Origin: Fibrobacterota bacterium
GTDB taxonomy: Bacteria; Fibrobacterota; Fibrobacteria; UBA11236
Direction: 5' to 3'
Length of the DNA: 18,278 nucleotides
Assembly: GCA_043753995.1 (NCBI GenBank)
Contig: JAYUVP010000152.1
Coordinates: 1 to 18,278 of the forward strand
The notes under the pieces: generated by a model
The model's database searches: none
The model's input: only the letters and a program-made list of their open reading frames with translations
Told to the model about the DNA's origin: nothing
Translations under genes and position numbers: made by a program
Shown here: one piece after another, positions 1 through 7,481 of the stretch
Layout of the letters: each line of letters begins with the position of its first letter
Numbering within the stretch: position 1 is the first letter of the stretch

Positions 1-313
1 CAAAGGTCCAAGCCATAGAAGCGCCCCAACCCATGCCGAGGGAATGAAAAAAGAAAAGGCCTTGATAGGCAGCGAATAAATCGATGAGGTAACGGCCTAG
101 GCTCAGCGACTCGAAAAAGCCAGGTCGATGCCAAGCATGATGCGCTTTTTCAATGCTGTCGGCGTCGGAAGGCCGCTCTCCGCGATTGCTTTGAAGAGAG
201 TCGTATTGCCTTTGATAATGGCTTAAAACATTTCGCAGTCCACTTAAAAGTCCGCTCGCGAGGACTAGGACTAGGAAGAAAGGCAACGAGCCGCTGGGAG
301 ATTCAGGGTCCAC
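1..313 (-). CDS. N-terminal part of a probable CNNM/DUF21 (hemolysin/CorC-family) membrane protein; runs off the window edge
   Basis: Not in the ORF track. Manual translation from GTG at 313 is open to base 1: MDPESPSGSLPFFLVLVLASGLLSGLRNVL...SLSLGRYLIDLFAAYQGLFFFHSLGMGWGASMAWTF. The MDP start followed by hydrophobic helices resembles DUF21 N-termini, and such genes commonly follow ybeY. The CBS domains would lie outside the window. Confidence 0.6.
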   Translation of the reverse strand, partial: MDPESPSGSLPFFLVLVLASGLLSGLRNVLSHYQRQYDSLQSNRGERPSDADSIEKAHHAWHRPGFFESLSLGRYLIDLFAAYQGLFFFHSLGMGWGASMAWTF

Positions 314-395
314 GGAATTGTATCAGGGTGGGTAATGGGTTTGAGGGGGAAAGCATGGAAATAGGTCGATTTGGTCAGAAGTCCCTGGAGGCAGG

Positions 396-424
396 AATAT
401 AATACCCTAGCCTAAAGACTGAAA
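396..424 (-). promoter_or_regulatory. Candidate sigma70-type promoter for the CNNM-like gene
   Basis: Minus-strand TTTCAG (424-419), 17 bp spacer, TATATT (401-396), in an AT-rich intergenic region about 80 bp upstream of the GTG at 313. Confidence 0.3.
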
Positions 425-475
425 ACCCGACATTTGTCGCTTCTCTAACCTCAAAAAACAAAACTAAAACTTGGA

Positions 476-898
476 TTATGGCTTTTTAGGTGAATTTCGA
501 GGCTTTAAATAGCTGTCTTCACGTTGTCGCATGACCTTTCGGTCGGAGGCCGTCATGTGATCAAAGCCGGCGAGATGCAAAAGTCCATGCACCACCACCC
601 GCCTTAACTCATTTTCAAAGCTGTTTTTCCACCGTGGCGCCTGCCTTTGGGTCTGAGGTATGGCCACATAAACCTCACCGAGTAAATCACTTTCACCATA
701 ATGAAAGGAGAGAACATCGGTCACTTTGTCGAGTCCGCGATGGGTTTTATTGAGCTGCCTCACCCAGGGATCATCGCAAAAAACCACGGCCACGGTTTCT
801 TTAAGCTTTTCGGTTTTTGCAACGGTCCGAGCGAGACTCAGTAAGGAGGCCCGGCCCGGCAAATCCCAAGGTCCATCGACATGAAAGCGAATGGCCAT
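476..898 (-). CDS. ybeY: rRNA maturation endoribonuclease YbeY
   Basis: LNKTHRGLDKVTDVLSF, LGEVYV and the metal-binding motif HGLLHLAGFDH; 140 aa. Confidence 0.96.
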   Translation of the reverse strand: MAIRFHVDGPWDLPGRASLLSLARTVAKTEKLKETVAVVFCDDPWVRQLNKTHRGLDKVTDVLSFHYGESDLLGEVYVAIPQTQRQAPRWKNSFENELRRVVVHGLLHLAGFDHMTASDRKVMRQREDSYLKPRNSPKKP

Positions 899-904
899 GT
901 GCTT

Positions 905-1225
905 TTAATCTTCCTCGTCGACTCCGCCTTCGACGGTCTGGGCATCGGCCCAGCGCACGAGGATTTCGGCGACTTGCTTGGCTTGGCCAGCCGAGGAAAC
1001 CACGAATTTGCTTTGCTGGCGATACTCGCCATTGCGCTTCTGATAGCGACGAATGGAAAACTTCGGGGCTTTGAAAACCCCTTTTGCCTTGTCGAAATCT
1101 TGGTGCATGAACATCACCGTCGACCAGGTTCCCTTGGTGAGTACCACCTTGTCCAGCTCCTTGCAAAGCAAGGTGCCTTCTTCATCGCTGAAGTTCACTG
1201 TTAAGTCTTCGACCTTGTCGGCCAT
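905..1225 (-). CDS. Hypothetical protein (106 aa), probably co-transcribed with ybeY
   Basis: ATG preceded by a GAGGT ribosome-binding site; globular-looking sequence with an acidic tail; ends 6 bp before the ybeY start. Confidence 0.85.
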   Translation of the reverse strand: MADKVEDLTVNFSDEEGTLLCKELDKVVLTKGTWSTVMFMHQDFDKAKGVFKAPKFSIRRYQKRNGEYRQQSKFVVSSAGQAKQVAEILVRWADAQTVEGGVDEED

Positions 1226-1251
1226 GGCTTTACCTCAATTTCAGGGAGGGG

Positions 1252-1262
1252 CAAAGATAGCA
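1252..1262 (-). promoter_or_regulatory. Candidate extended -10 promoter for the hypothetical-ybeY unit
   Basis: Minus strand reads TG-C-TATCTT-TG (1262-1252), about 30 nt upstream of the ATG at 1225. Confidence 0.45.
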
Positions 1263-1264
1263 CG

Positions 1265-1294
1265 CTGACGATTTCTCCCTGCTTGGTACCTTTG
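1265..1294 (+). promoter_or_regulatory. Candidate promoter for mqnE
   Basis: CTGACG (1265-1270), 16 bp spacer, TG-G-TACCTT-TG (-10 at 1287-1292); the ATG follows 6 nt after the hexamer. Confidence 0.45.
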
Positions 1295-1298
1295 CTCC

Positions 1299-2447
1299 AT
1301 GCCGGATAGCCATCCCTTTGAGGCCATGCAAGCCACGTCCCCAGCTCCCATTTCCCTGGAGGCCTTGGCGGCGAAAATCGCCTCTCGTATTCGCCTTTCC
1401 CCCGAGGAAGGCCTTTGGCTTTTTGAGCAGGCCCCCACGGCCTGGCTACAAAATCAGGCGAATACGGCGCGCAGCGGGCGCGTCGGCGAAGCGGCATTTT
1501 ACAATCGCAATATTCATTTCGAGCCCACCAATATTTGCGTTTATAGCTGCAAGTTCTGCGCTTTTTATCGCAAGCCTGGAACGACGGCGGAAGAGGGCGC
1601 CTGGGACCATGGTTTTGAGATTCTTGAGCAAAAGATGGCGCAATACCCCGTCGGTACCTTGACCGAAGTGCATATCACCGGCGGAGTGCATCCCGATCGC
1701 GGCGTGGAATACGGCGAGGAGCTTTGCCGCTTTGTGAAGAGTCGGCGGCCCGATATTCATGTCAAGGCCTTCACCGCCGTTGAAATCGCCTTCTTCGCGC
1801 GCAAAAGCAAATTGACTTTGGAAGCCACCTTACAACGTCTCAAGGACGCTGGCCTGGATTCCCTGCCCGGCGGAGGCGCCGAGATTTTCGATCCGGAGGT
1901 GCGACGCAGCATAGCGGGTGGCAAAGCGCCAGCCCATGTTTGGCTGGAAGTGCATGAAGCGGCGCATCGCCTGGGCCTAAAGTCCAATGCCACCATGCTT
2001 TATGGGCATGTCGAAGCCTATCGCCATCGCATCGATCACATGACGCGCCTGCGTGATTTGCAAGATCGCACTGGTGGATTGATGTCCTTCATTCCCCTGC
2101 GCTATCGCAATGAAAACAATGCCATCAGCCATTTACCCGAGGTGAGTGCCGAGGAAGATTTGCGCAATTATGCCGTCGCGCGCCTCTATCTCGATAATAT
2201 TCCCCACCTCAAAGCTTATTGGGTCATGCTCGGAATCGATCTCGCGACCGAGGCCCTCGACTATGGCGTGGACGACCTCGATGGTACCGTCGACGACACC
2301 ACCCGCATTTACAGCATGGCTGGCGCTGAACATCATCCCACCTTGACCTCGACCGATCTCCAGGCCCGCATACGCAGCCGAGGGCGTGAGCCCGTCGAGC
2401 GGGATTCTTGGTATCAGCCCAGGACATCTATTCAAGGTTCCCATTAA
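1299..2447 (+). CDS. mqnE: Aminofutalosine synthase MqnE (radical SAM, CofH/MqnC/MqnE family)
   Basis: TNICVYSCKFCAF (CxxxCxxC), EVHITGG, VKAFTAVEI, SLPGGGAEIF, NATMLYGHVE and HLKAYWVMLG. KAF and KAYW favour MqnE over MqnC. The start could alternatively be the ATG at 1326. Confidence 0.88.
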   Translation: MPDSHPFEAMQATSPAPISLEALAAKIASRIRLSPEEGLWLFEQAPTAWLQNQANTARSGRVGEAAFYNRNIHFEPTNICVYSCKFCAFYRKPGTTAEEGAWDHGFEILEQKMAQYPVGTLTEVHITGGVHPDRGVEYGEELCRFVKSRRPDIHVKAFTAVEIAFFARKSKLTLEATLQRLKDAGLDSLPGGGAEIFDPEVRRSIAGGKAPAHVWLEVHEAAHRLGLKSNATMLYGHVEAYRHRIDHMTRLRDLQDRTGGLMSFIPLRYRNENNAISHLPEVSAEEDLRNYAVARLYLDNIPHLKAYWVMLGIDLATEALDYGVDDLDGTVDDTTRIYSMAGAEHHPTLTSTDLQARIRSRGREPVERDSWYQPRTSIQGSH

Positions 2448-2483
2448 GGGCGTTTCACGCCCGCAGCATTCTCAGGAGCATTC

Positions 2484-3302
2484 ATGTCAGTTGCCATTTT
2501 AGGTTTGGGCATTATCGGTTCGCGCTGGGCGAGTAATCTTCAAGCCGACGGCCTTGAAGTGCGTACCTGGAATCGGACTCCGAAATCTTTTCCAGGATTT
2601 GTTCCTGACGCAGCCCAGGCCGCGTTAGGCGCCGACTTCATTTTCATCGTGGTGGCGGATCCGGCTGCGGTGCAGCAGGTTTTACAGGCCATAGTGCCGG
2701 TGCTGAAAGCCGGACAAATGGTGATCCAATGCAGCACCATTTCCAAAGCTTGGACTTTAAAGTTCGCCGAGCAAGTGCAAAAAACCGGCGCACGATTTCT
2801 AGAAGCGCCATTCACCGGGAGCAAGGTCGCTGCGGAGAATCGGAAAACCGTTTTTTACCTGGGAGGCGAAAACGAAGATATCGAAAATGCCCGCCCTGTC
2901 CTGCAAAAAATCGCTGCCCACCTTTTGCCCATAGGTGCCATAGGCAGCGCCAGCGTCCTGAAATTGGCCATGAATATGAATATGGCCATGGTGATGCAGG
3001 CCTTGAGCGAGAGCCTGCATTTCGCTCGCAGCCAAGGACTTTCGGATGCAGCCTTCTTCGAAGGTTTGCAACTCAATGGCTCACGCTCCGGACTCAGCGA
3101 TCTCAAGCAACCCGCCCTGAAAAACCGCGACTTCGCCCCACAATTTTCGCTTAAGCACATGAATAAAGATTTGCGCTTGGCCCTAGAAGACTCCGCTGAT
3201 TTGCGATTGCCGCAATTGCAAACCCTCAAAACCGTTTATGAAGAGGGCATGTCCAAAGGCTTGGGCGAAAGCGATTTTTCGGTGCTGGTGAATTTGCTTT
3301 AA
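2484..3302 (+). CDS. NAD(P)-dependent oxidoreductase, 3-hydroxyisobutyrate/beta-hydroxyacid dehydrogenase family
   Basis: Rossmann motif ILGLGIIG, WNRT, FLEAPFTGS (DAPVSG-like), catalytic Lys in LKLAMN, and F-SLKHMNKDL; AGGAG ribosome-binding site upstream. Confidence 0.92.
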   Translation: MSVAILGLGIIGSRWASNLQADGLEVRTWNRTPKSFPGFVPDAAQAALGADFIFIVVADPAAVQQVLQAIVPVLKAGQMVIQCSTISKAWTLKFAEQVQKTGARFLEAPFTGSKVAAENRKTVFYLGGENEDIENARPVLQKIAAHLLPIGAIGSASVLKLAMNMNMAMVMQALSESLHFARSQGLSDAAFFEGLQLNGSRSGLSDLKQPALKNRDFAPQFSLKHMNKDLRLALEDSADLRLPQLQTLKTVYEEGMSKGLGESDFSVLVNLL

Positions 3303-3336
3303 GCTCCGGAGCCCCCTTAGGTCTATTTTTCCCGAG

Positions 3337-5460
3337 ATGCATATTTTCCAATGGGTTCGCCTCCATTCCCTAGCTGCGTGGTCCCGATTCGCCTCCGCCT
3401 GGCAAGGTAAGCGCGCCTATCAAGCCCAGGGCATGTTGGGCTATTTGCTTGCCGTTTTTATCACCCACGGCATTTTGCGACTTGCCCTGCTTTTGCGCCA
3501 TGATGCTTATGGCTTGCCCTTGGTTGGCAAGGCCGACTGGTATGCTTTTCACGCTTTCAGCATCGACTTTCTTTGGATTTTCGGCTATTCCCTGCCCGTC
3601 TTATTGTTGGGTTCCTGGTTTGCTGCATTATCCATGGCCGCCTGGATTTTTCTGGTAGCGGCACATTCCGTTCTGCTTGTTTTCACCGTCATGGATCATG
3701 AAACCTTGCGGTTTCTGGGCATGCATCTCGATCCATCCTTTCTGGGGACCTATGGCAATACCGCCTCCATTCGCGAAGTGCTGCGATTTGTGGCCGACGA
3801 TCGCTCCATACGTTATTTGCCCTATTTCTTGGTGCTCGGATGCATTCCTTTTTCGTTTTGGATGCATGCCATACTACGACGTCGCATCTCTTGGCTGAAA
3901 GACCATCGCCTGCACGGCAAGCCGGTTTTCTGGCTTTTGTTCACGGCCTTGATCACCTGGCTTTACCTGAATGTGATTTGGCCCGGCGGTTTTCGTATGA
4001 AGCGCCTACAACCCTTTGTCGATACGGCATGGATAGGCCTCATGCGCCCCGAGGCCGATGCCCTACCCGCCGCAGAGTGGGACCGGCTAGCGCGCGAGTA
4101 TCAGGCGCGTTGGCAAAATCAGCAAGGCGATGGTGCTTGGGTTTTCCCCAATCTCGAACATCCTTATTTCCGGCAGCGCCACGAGCAGTTTTGCGCCGAA
4201 CCGGAAAAGCATGCCAGTGCCATCGATATTCCCGGGGACGGACTTGACCAGGACTGCGATGGCGTGGATGCAAATCCCGTCAATGTGGTCTTGCTCATTT
4301 TCGAATCGCATCGCGCTATGCATTGCGGCCATCTCAAACCCTTTGGCGCCACGGCCTCCGCGACACCGGTCCTCGATTCCCTGGCGGCGCAAGGGTCCTT
4401 CTGGACGCGCTTCAGTGTCGGCGGCCTGCCTACCATCAATGCGCTTATGGCCATCCATCTCGGCATTGTGCAGCATCCCACACGGTTTATTTCCAGCGAC
4501 TTCACCACCATGGCCAATCAGGGGTTTCCCGCCGTGCTCGGACGCCATGGTTATCGGACTCAATTTTTCTCTGCGGCCGATCCCGCCTGGGACAATCAAA
4601 CCCCTTGGCTCAGACAGTGGTATCAAGGCGTGCGTTATGATCGTAGCCGCGAAAATGACGCGGCCATGCTCGACGACATGGCTCAGTGGATGCACGACAG
4701 CTTGAATTCAGGCCAGCCTTTTTTTCTTGCCTCGATGAGTAAAACCAATCATTATCCCTTCAATCCCGTCGCCGGTGTAAAGCCGTCCCCAAGCGATGCC
4801 TCCTTGCAAGAACGCATGACCGCGACCATGCATTATACCGATGCCGCCCTGGGACGCTTCTTCACTCGCATACGAACCGAACCTTGGTTTGATCGTACGG
4901 TCTTCATCATCCTGGGCGATCATGGTTTTCCCTTGGGCGAGCATGGCTCATCCACCATCGGTTATGGCCTATACACTGAATCGACTTGGATACCCTTTGT
5001 CCTGGTTGGCCAGCATGCCCGCTTACCCAAGCCAGGTGCGATTTCTTCCATCGCCAGCCAAGTCGACATTGGGCCCACCGTGCTTGATCTCGCGGGTATC
5101 AACGATGCCAATCACTTCATGGGTCACAGCCTTTTGCATTCCCATGGCGAAAGCAAGGACGCCTTGATATTGCGCGATGGCCAGGGAATGTTGGAACGCG
5201 GAAATCAACGATGGCATGGCCCCTTGGGGGAGCATCCCCGCGAGCAGGGTTTTGAACGGTTTGATGCGCTAGCCGATAAAGGCGAGCACAACAATCTCCA
5301 AGGTGACGGCAAAATGCACCCACCTCAGACCGAGCCGGAATGGGATGAAATCGCCGATCGCTCTCGCTTACATACGGCCTTGCTCGAAGGGGATAAACTT
5401 TGGCCGAAGGCCCAGTTCTTAGATTCGTCAAAACCGCAAGTCGGTTCGACGAAACCCTGA
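3337..5460 (+). CDS. LTA synthase / phosphoglycerol-transferase-like membrane enzyme (alkaline phosphatase/sulfatase superfamily)
   Basis: About 5 N-terminal hydrophobic segments, then NVVLLIFES (metal Glu), GGLPT (candidate Thr nucleophile), TNHYPF, YTDAALGRF, IILGDHG and SQVDIGPT. Confidence 0.88.
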   Translation: MHIFQWVRLHSLAAWSRFASAWQGKRAYQAQGMLGYLLAVFITHGILRLALLLRHDAYGLPLVGKADWYAFHAFSIDFLWIFGYSLPVLLLGSWFAALSMAAWIFLVAAHSVLLVFTVMDHETLRFLGMHLDPSFLGTYGNTASIREVLRFVADDRSIRYLPYFLVLGCIPFSFWMHAILRRRISWLKDHRLHGKPVFWLLFTALITWLYLNVIWPGGFRMKRLQPFVDTAWIGLMRPEADALPAAEWDRLAREYQARWQNQQGDGAWVFPNLEHPYFRQRHEQFCAEPEKHASAIDIPGDGLDQDCDGVDANPVNVVLLIFESHRAMHCGHLKPFGATASATPVLDSLAAQGSFWTRFSVGGLPTINALMAIHLGIVQHPTRFISSDFTTMANQGFPAVLGRHGYRTQFFSAADPAWDNQTPWLRQWYQGVRYDRSRENDAAMLDDMAQWMHDSLNSGQPFFLASMSKTNHYPFNPVAGVKPSPSDASLQERMTATMHYTDAALGRFFTRIRTEPWFDRTVFIILGDHGFPLGEHGSSTIGYGLYTESTWIPFVLVGQHARLPKPGAISSIASQVDIGPTVLDLAGINDANHFMGHSLLHSHGESKDALILRDGQGMLERGNQRWHGPLGEHPREQGFERFDALADKGEHNNLQGDGKMHPPQTEPEWDEIADRSRLHTALLEGDKLWPKAQFLDSSKPQVGSTKP

Positions 5461-5470
5461 CAGGATGCCC

Positions 5471-5499
5471 TTGGCAAATTCGCCTCGGTTTCCTAATCT
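5471..5499 (+). promoter_or_regulatory. Sigma70-type promoter for tRNA-Ala
   Basis: TTGGCA (5471-5476), 17 bp spacer, TAATCT (5494-5499), followed by a GC-rich discriminator-like stretch before the tRNA. Confidence 0.6.
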
Positions 5500-5513
5500 T
5501 TCGCCCCGCCTTT

Positions 5514-5590
<77 letters not shown>

Positions 5591-5620
5591 CCCAAATCGC
5601 AGAATAGGTCACAAGACCGT

Positions 5621-5659
5621 AATCGCCCTCTTCGAAATCCGGAGAGGGCGATTTTTTTT
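5621..5659 (+). terminator. Intrinsic terminator after tRNA-Ala
   Basis: Perfect 11-bp stem AATCGCCCTCT (5621-5631) / AGAGGGCGATT (5643-5653) running into T8 (5652-5659). Confidence 0.85.
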
Positions 5660-5693
5660 GGCTCGGTATTCGGAGAGACGCGGCAAAAAAAAT

Positions 5694-5769
5694 TGGAGCG
5701 GATTATCGGATTCGAACCGACGACCCTCTGCTTGGGAAGCAGGAGCTCTACCAACTGAGCTAAATCCGC
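5694..5769 (-). tRNA. tRNA-Gly(CCC)
   Basis: Reverse complement GCGGATTTAGCTCAGTTGGTAGAGCTCCTGCTTCCCAAGCAGAGGGTCGTCGGTTCGAATCCGATAATCCGCTCCA: 76 nt, anticodon CCC, U73 discriminator, encoded CCA. Confidence 0.98.
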
Positions 5770-5781
5770 TGGACGCATGGG

Positions 5782-5790
5782 AATGTAACA
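5782..5790 (-). promoter_or_regulatory. Candidate extended -10 promoter for tRNA-Gly
   Basis: Minus strand TG-T-TACATT, ending 12 nt upstream of the tRNA 5' end. Confidence 0.5.
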
Positions 5791-5883
5791 AAGCCATAAC
5801 CATAGGCCCGCAGGGGATTTGCTAACTTGCTGCCCCTTGCCAGCAAATAGCGGCATTTATCCTTCACGAGAGAGTTAACGGCC

Positions 5884-6330
5884 ATGGAAAGCACACTTTT
5901 GATCATCAAACCCAATGGCGTCCGAGGCGGACTGATTGGCGAAATCCTGGCGCGTTTCGAAAAATCACGCTTGGCCGTGGCGGCGATGAAATTGAAAACC
6001 CTTTCGAAATCCGAAGCCGAAGGCTTTTATGCCGAGCACAAGGAGCGCGGGTTTTTCGGTGAACTCGTGGCTTTCATGACTTCCGGCCCCGTTGTCCTCG
6101 TGGCTTTGCATGGCGAAAGAGCAGTCGAAGCCGTGCGCGCCATGAATGGCGCCACCAATCCGAAAAATGCCCAACCCGGCACCATTCGCTATGACTTTGC
6201 GCCCAATACCGGCGAGAATATCGTGCACTCCTCCGACTCCGAAGCCAGCGCGGCGCGCGAAATCGCTTATTGGTTTCAGCCTAGCGAAGTGGTCGAATAC
6301 CCGGCCTTTTCGCAAATCCGCGGCGCCTAA
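5884..6330 (+). CDS. ndk: Nucleoside diphosphate kinase
   Basis: [30 protein letters not shown] and the phospho-His motif NIVHSSDS. Confidence 0.98.
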   Translation: MESTLLIIKPNGVRGGLIGEILARFEKSRLAVAAMKLKTLSKSEAEGFYAEHKERGFFGELVAFMTSGPVVLVALHGERAVEAVRAMNGATNPKNAQPGTIRYDFAPNTGENIVHSSDSEASAAREIAYWFQPSEVVEYPAFSQIRGA

Positions 6331-6350
6331 GCCAAGGCACTTCAGGGGCC

Positions 6351-6860
6351 ATGCTTCACCCCTATCTTCATCATCGTCCCAAGCTCGGTGAGCGGGTTTT
6401 TATTGCCCCGAGCGCCGACATCATTGGCCAAGTCACCTTGGGGGATGATGCATCGGTTTTCTTTCAGTGCGTGCTACGGGGCGATATTCATTCCATCACG
6501 ATTGGCGCGCGCAGTAATATTCAAGATCATACCACCGTTCACTTAGCCTCAGATATCGGCGTCATCATTGGCGAGGATGTCTCGGTGGGTCATGGCTGCA
6601 CCATTCATGCTTGCACTCTGGGCAGTCGCATTCTCGTGGGCATGGGCGCTATTATCATGGATGGCTGTGTGGTAGGCGATGACTGCCTCGTCGCCGCGGG
6701 CAGTCTTTTACCCAAGGGCAAAACCTATCCCGCCGGCTCGTTAATCATGGGCAATCCCGCTAAGGTGCTTCGGCCCTTGCGGCCTGAAGAAGTCGACTCG
6801 CTATTGCAACTCGCCCACAAATATGTGACTGTCAAAGACCAATACTTGCAAGGCTCTTGA
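6351..6860 (+). CDS. Gamma carbonic anhydrase family protein (YrdA/CaiE/PaaY-like)
   Basis: Hexapeptide repeats; VLRGD, NIQDHTTVH and VGHGCTIHAC supply three candidate Zn-binding His; GNPAKVLR. Confidence 0.93.
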   Translation: MLHPYLHHRPKLGERVFIAPSADIIGQVTLGDDASVFFQCVLRGDIHSITIGARSNIQDHTTVHLASDIGVIIGEDVSVGHGCTIHACTLGSRILVGMGAIIMDGCVVGDDCLVAAGSLLPKGKTYPAGSLIMGNPAKVLRPLRPEEVDSLLQLAHKYVTVKDQYLQGS

Positions 6861-6878
6861 AGCCGGGGCTAATCCCGC

Positions 6879-7481
6879 ATGCGCAGCCTCAAAACCTTTT
6901 CCGTCTTGCTTTTAATTCTAGCGGCCATGCTTTGGGTGATTAGCGCCTATATCGAAGTCGTCGGCAAAAGAATGACCATTTCCGATCCCAAGGACTTGCC
7001 CGAAGACATAGAGGCTGTCGTGGTTCCCGGGGCCAGTGTCTACCGCAGCGGCCGGCTTTCCCCGGTTTTGGAACAGCGCATGGCCATGGCCCTGCGGGCC
7101 TTGCAAATCCGTCCCAATGCTAAGTTGCTGGTCTCGGGCCATGCCATCAAGGGTGGCTACAGCGAAACCCAAGCCATGATTGAATATGCTCGACGTAATG
7201 GTCTCAGCCCGGCGCGCATTCTTCAGGACGATGGCGGGCGTAGCACCTATGTGACCATGCTGCATTGCCGGCGTGAATTCGCCTTGCGTCGCATTGCCCT
7301 GGTGACCCAGCCTTTTCATTTGCCACGGGGCTTATATGTCGGCAATCGCCTAGGCCTCACGGTTTACGGCTTGCCGGCGGCGGATACCACGGATGAATCC
7401 ACCTTTCCCGTGCGTGAATATTTCGTGCGGTTTAAGGACTTCATTTTGGTGCGCATTTCGCGAGGCTTCAATGCCAACTGA
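6879..7481 (+). CDS. SanA/YdcF (DUF218, ElyC-like) envelope protein
   Basis: N-terminal TM anchor; VVPGASV, LLVSG, YSE..AM, DDGGRSTY, VTQPFHLPR and REY motifs. Confidence 0.9.
   Translation: MRSLKTFSVLLLILAAMLWVISAYIEVVGKRMTISDPKDLPEDIEAVVVPGASVYRSGRLSPVLEQRMAMALRALQIRPNAKLLVSGHAIKGGYSETQAMIEYARRNGLSPARILQDDGGRSTYVTMLHCRREFALRRIALVTQPFHLPRGLYVGNRLGLTVYGLPAADTTDESTFPVREYFVRFKDFILVRISRGFNAN

Noticed and set aside
398..403. Perfect TATAAT on the + strand pointing antisense into ybeY
   Set aside because: No -35 element at a suitable spacing; it overlaps the minus-strand -10 candidate in an AT-rich patch, so chance is likely.
428..439. Inverted repeat CGACA-TT-TGTCG as an operator or terminator
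   Set aside because: Only 5-bp arms, a single copy and no recognisable regulator consensus.
5591..5693. Prophage or genomic island at the tRNA genes
   Set aside because: No integrase, no duplicated tRNA 3' end, and the flanking genes are housekeeping genes.
7393..7470. ORF-track N-terminal extension of the DAG kinase
   Set aside because: Lies inside the SanA-like gene and has no family-like sequence; the ATG at 7471 is more plausible.
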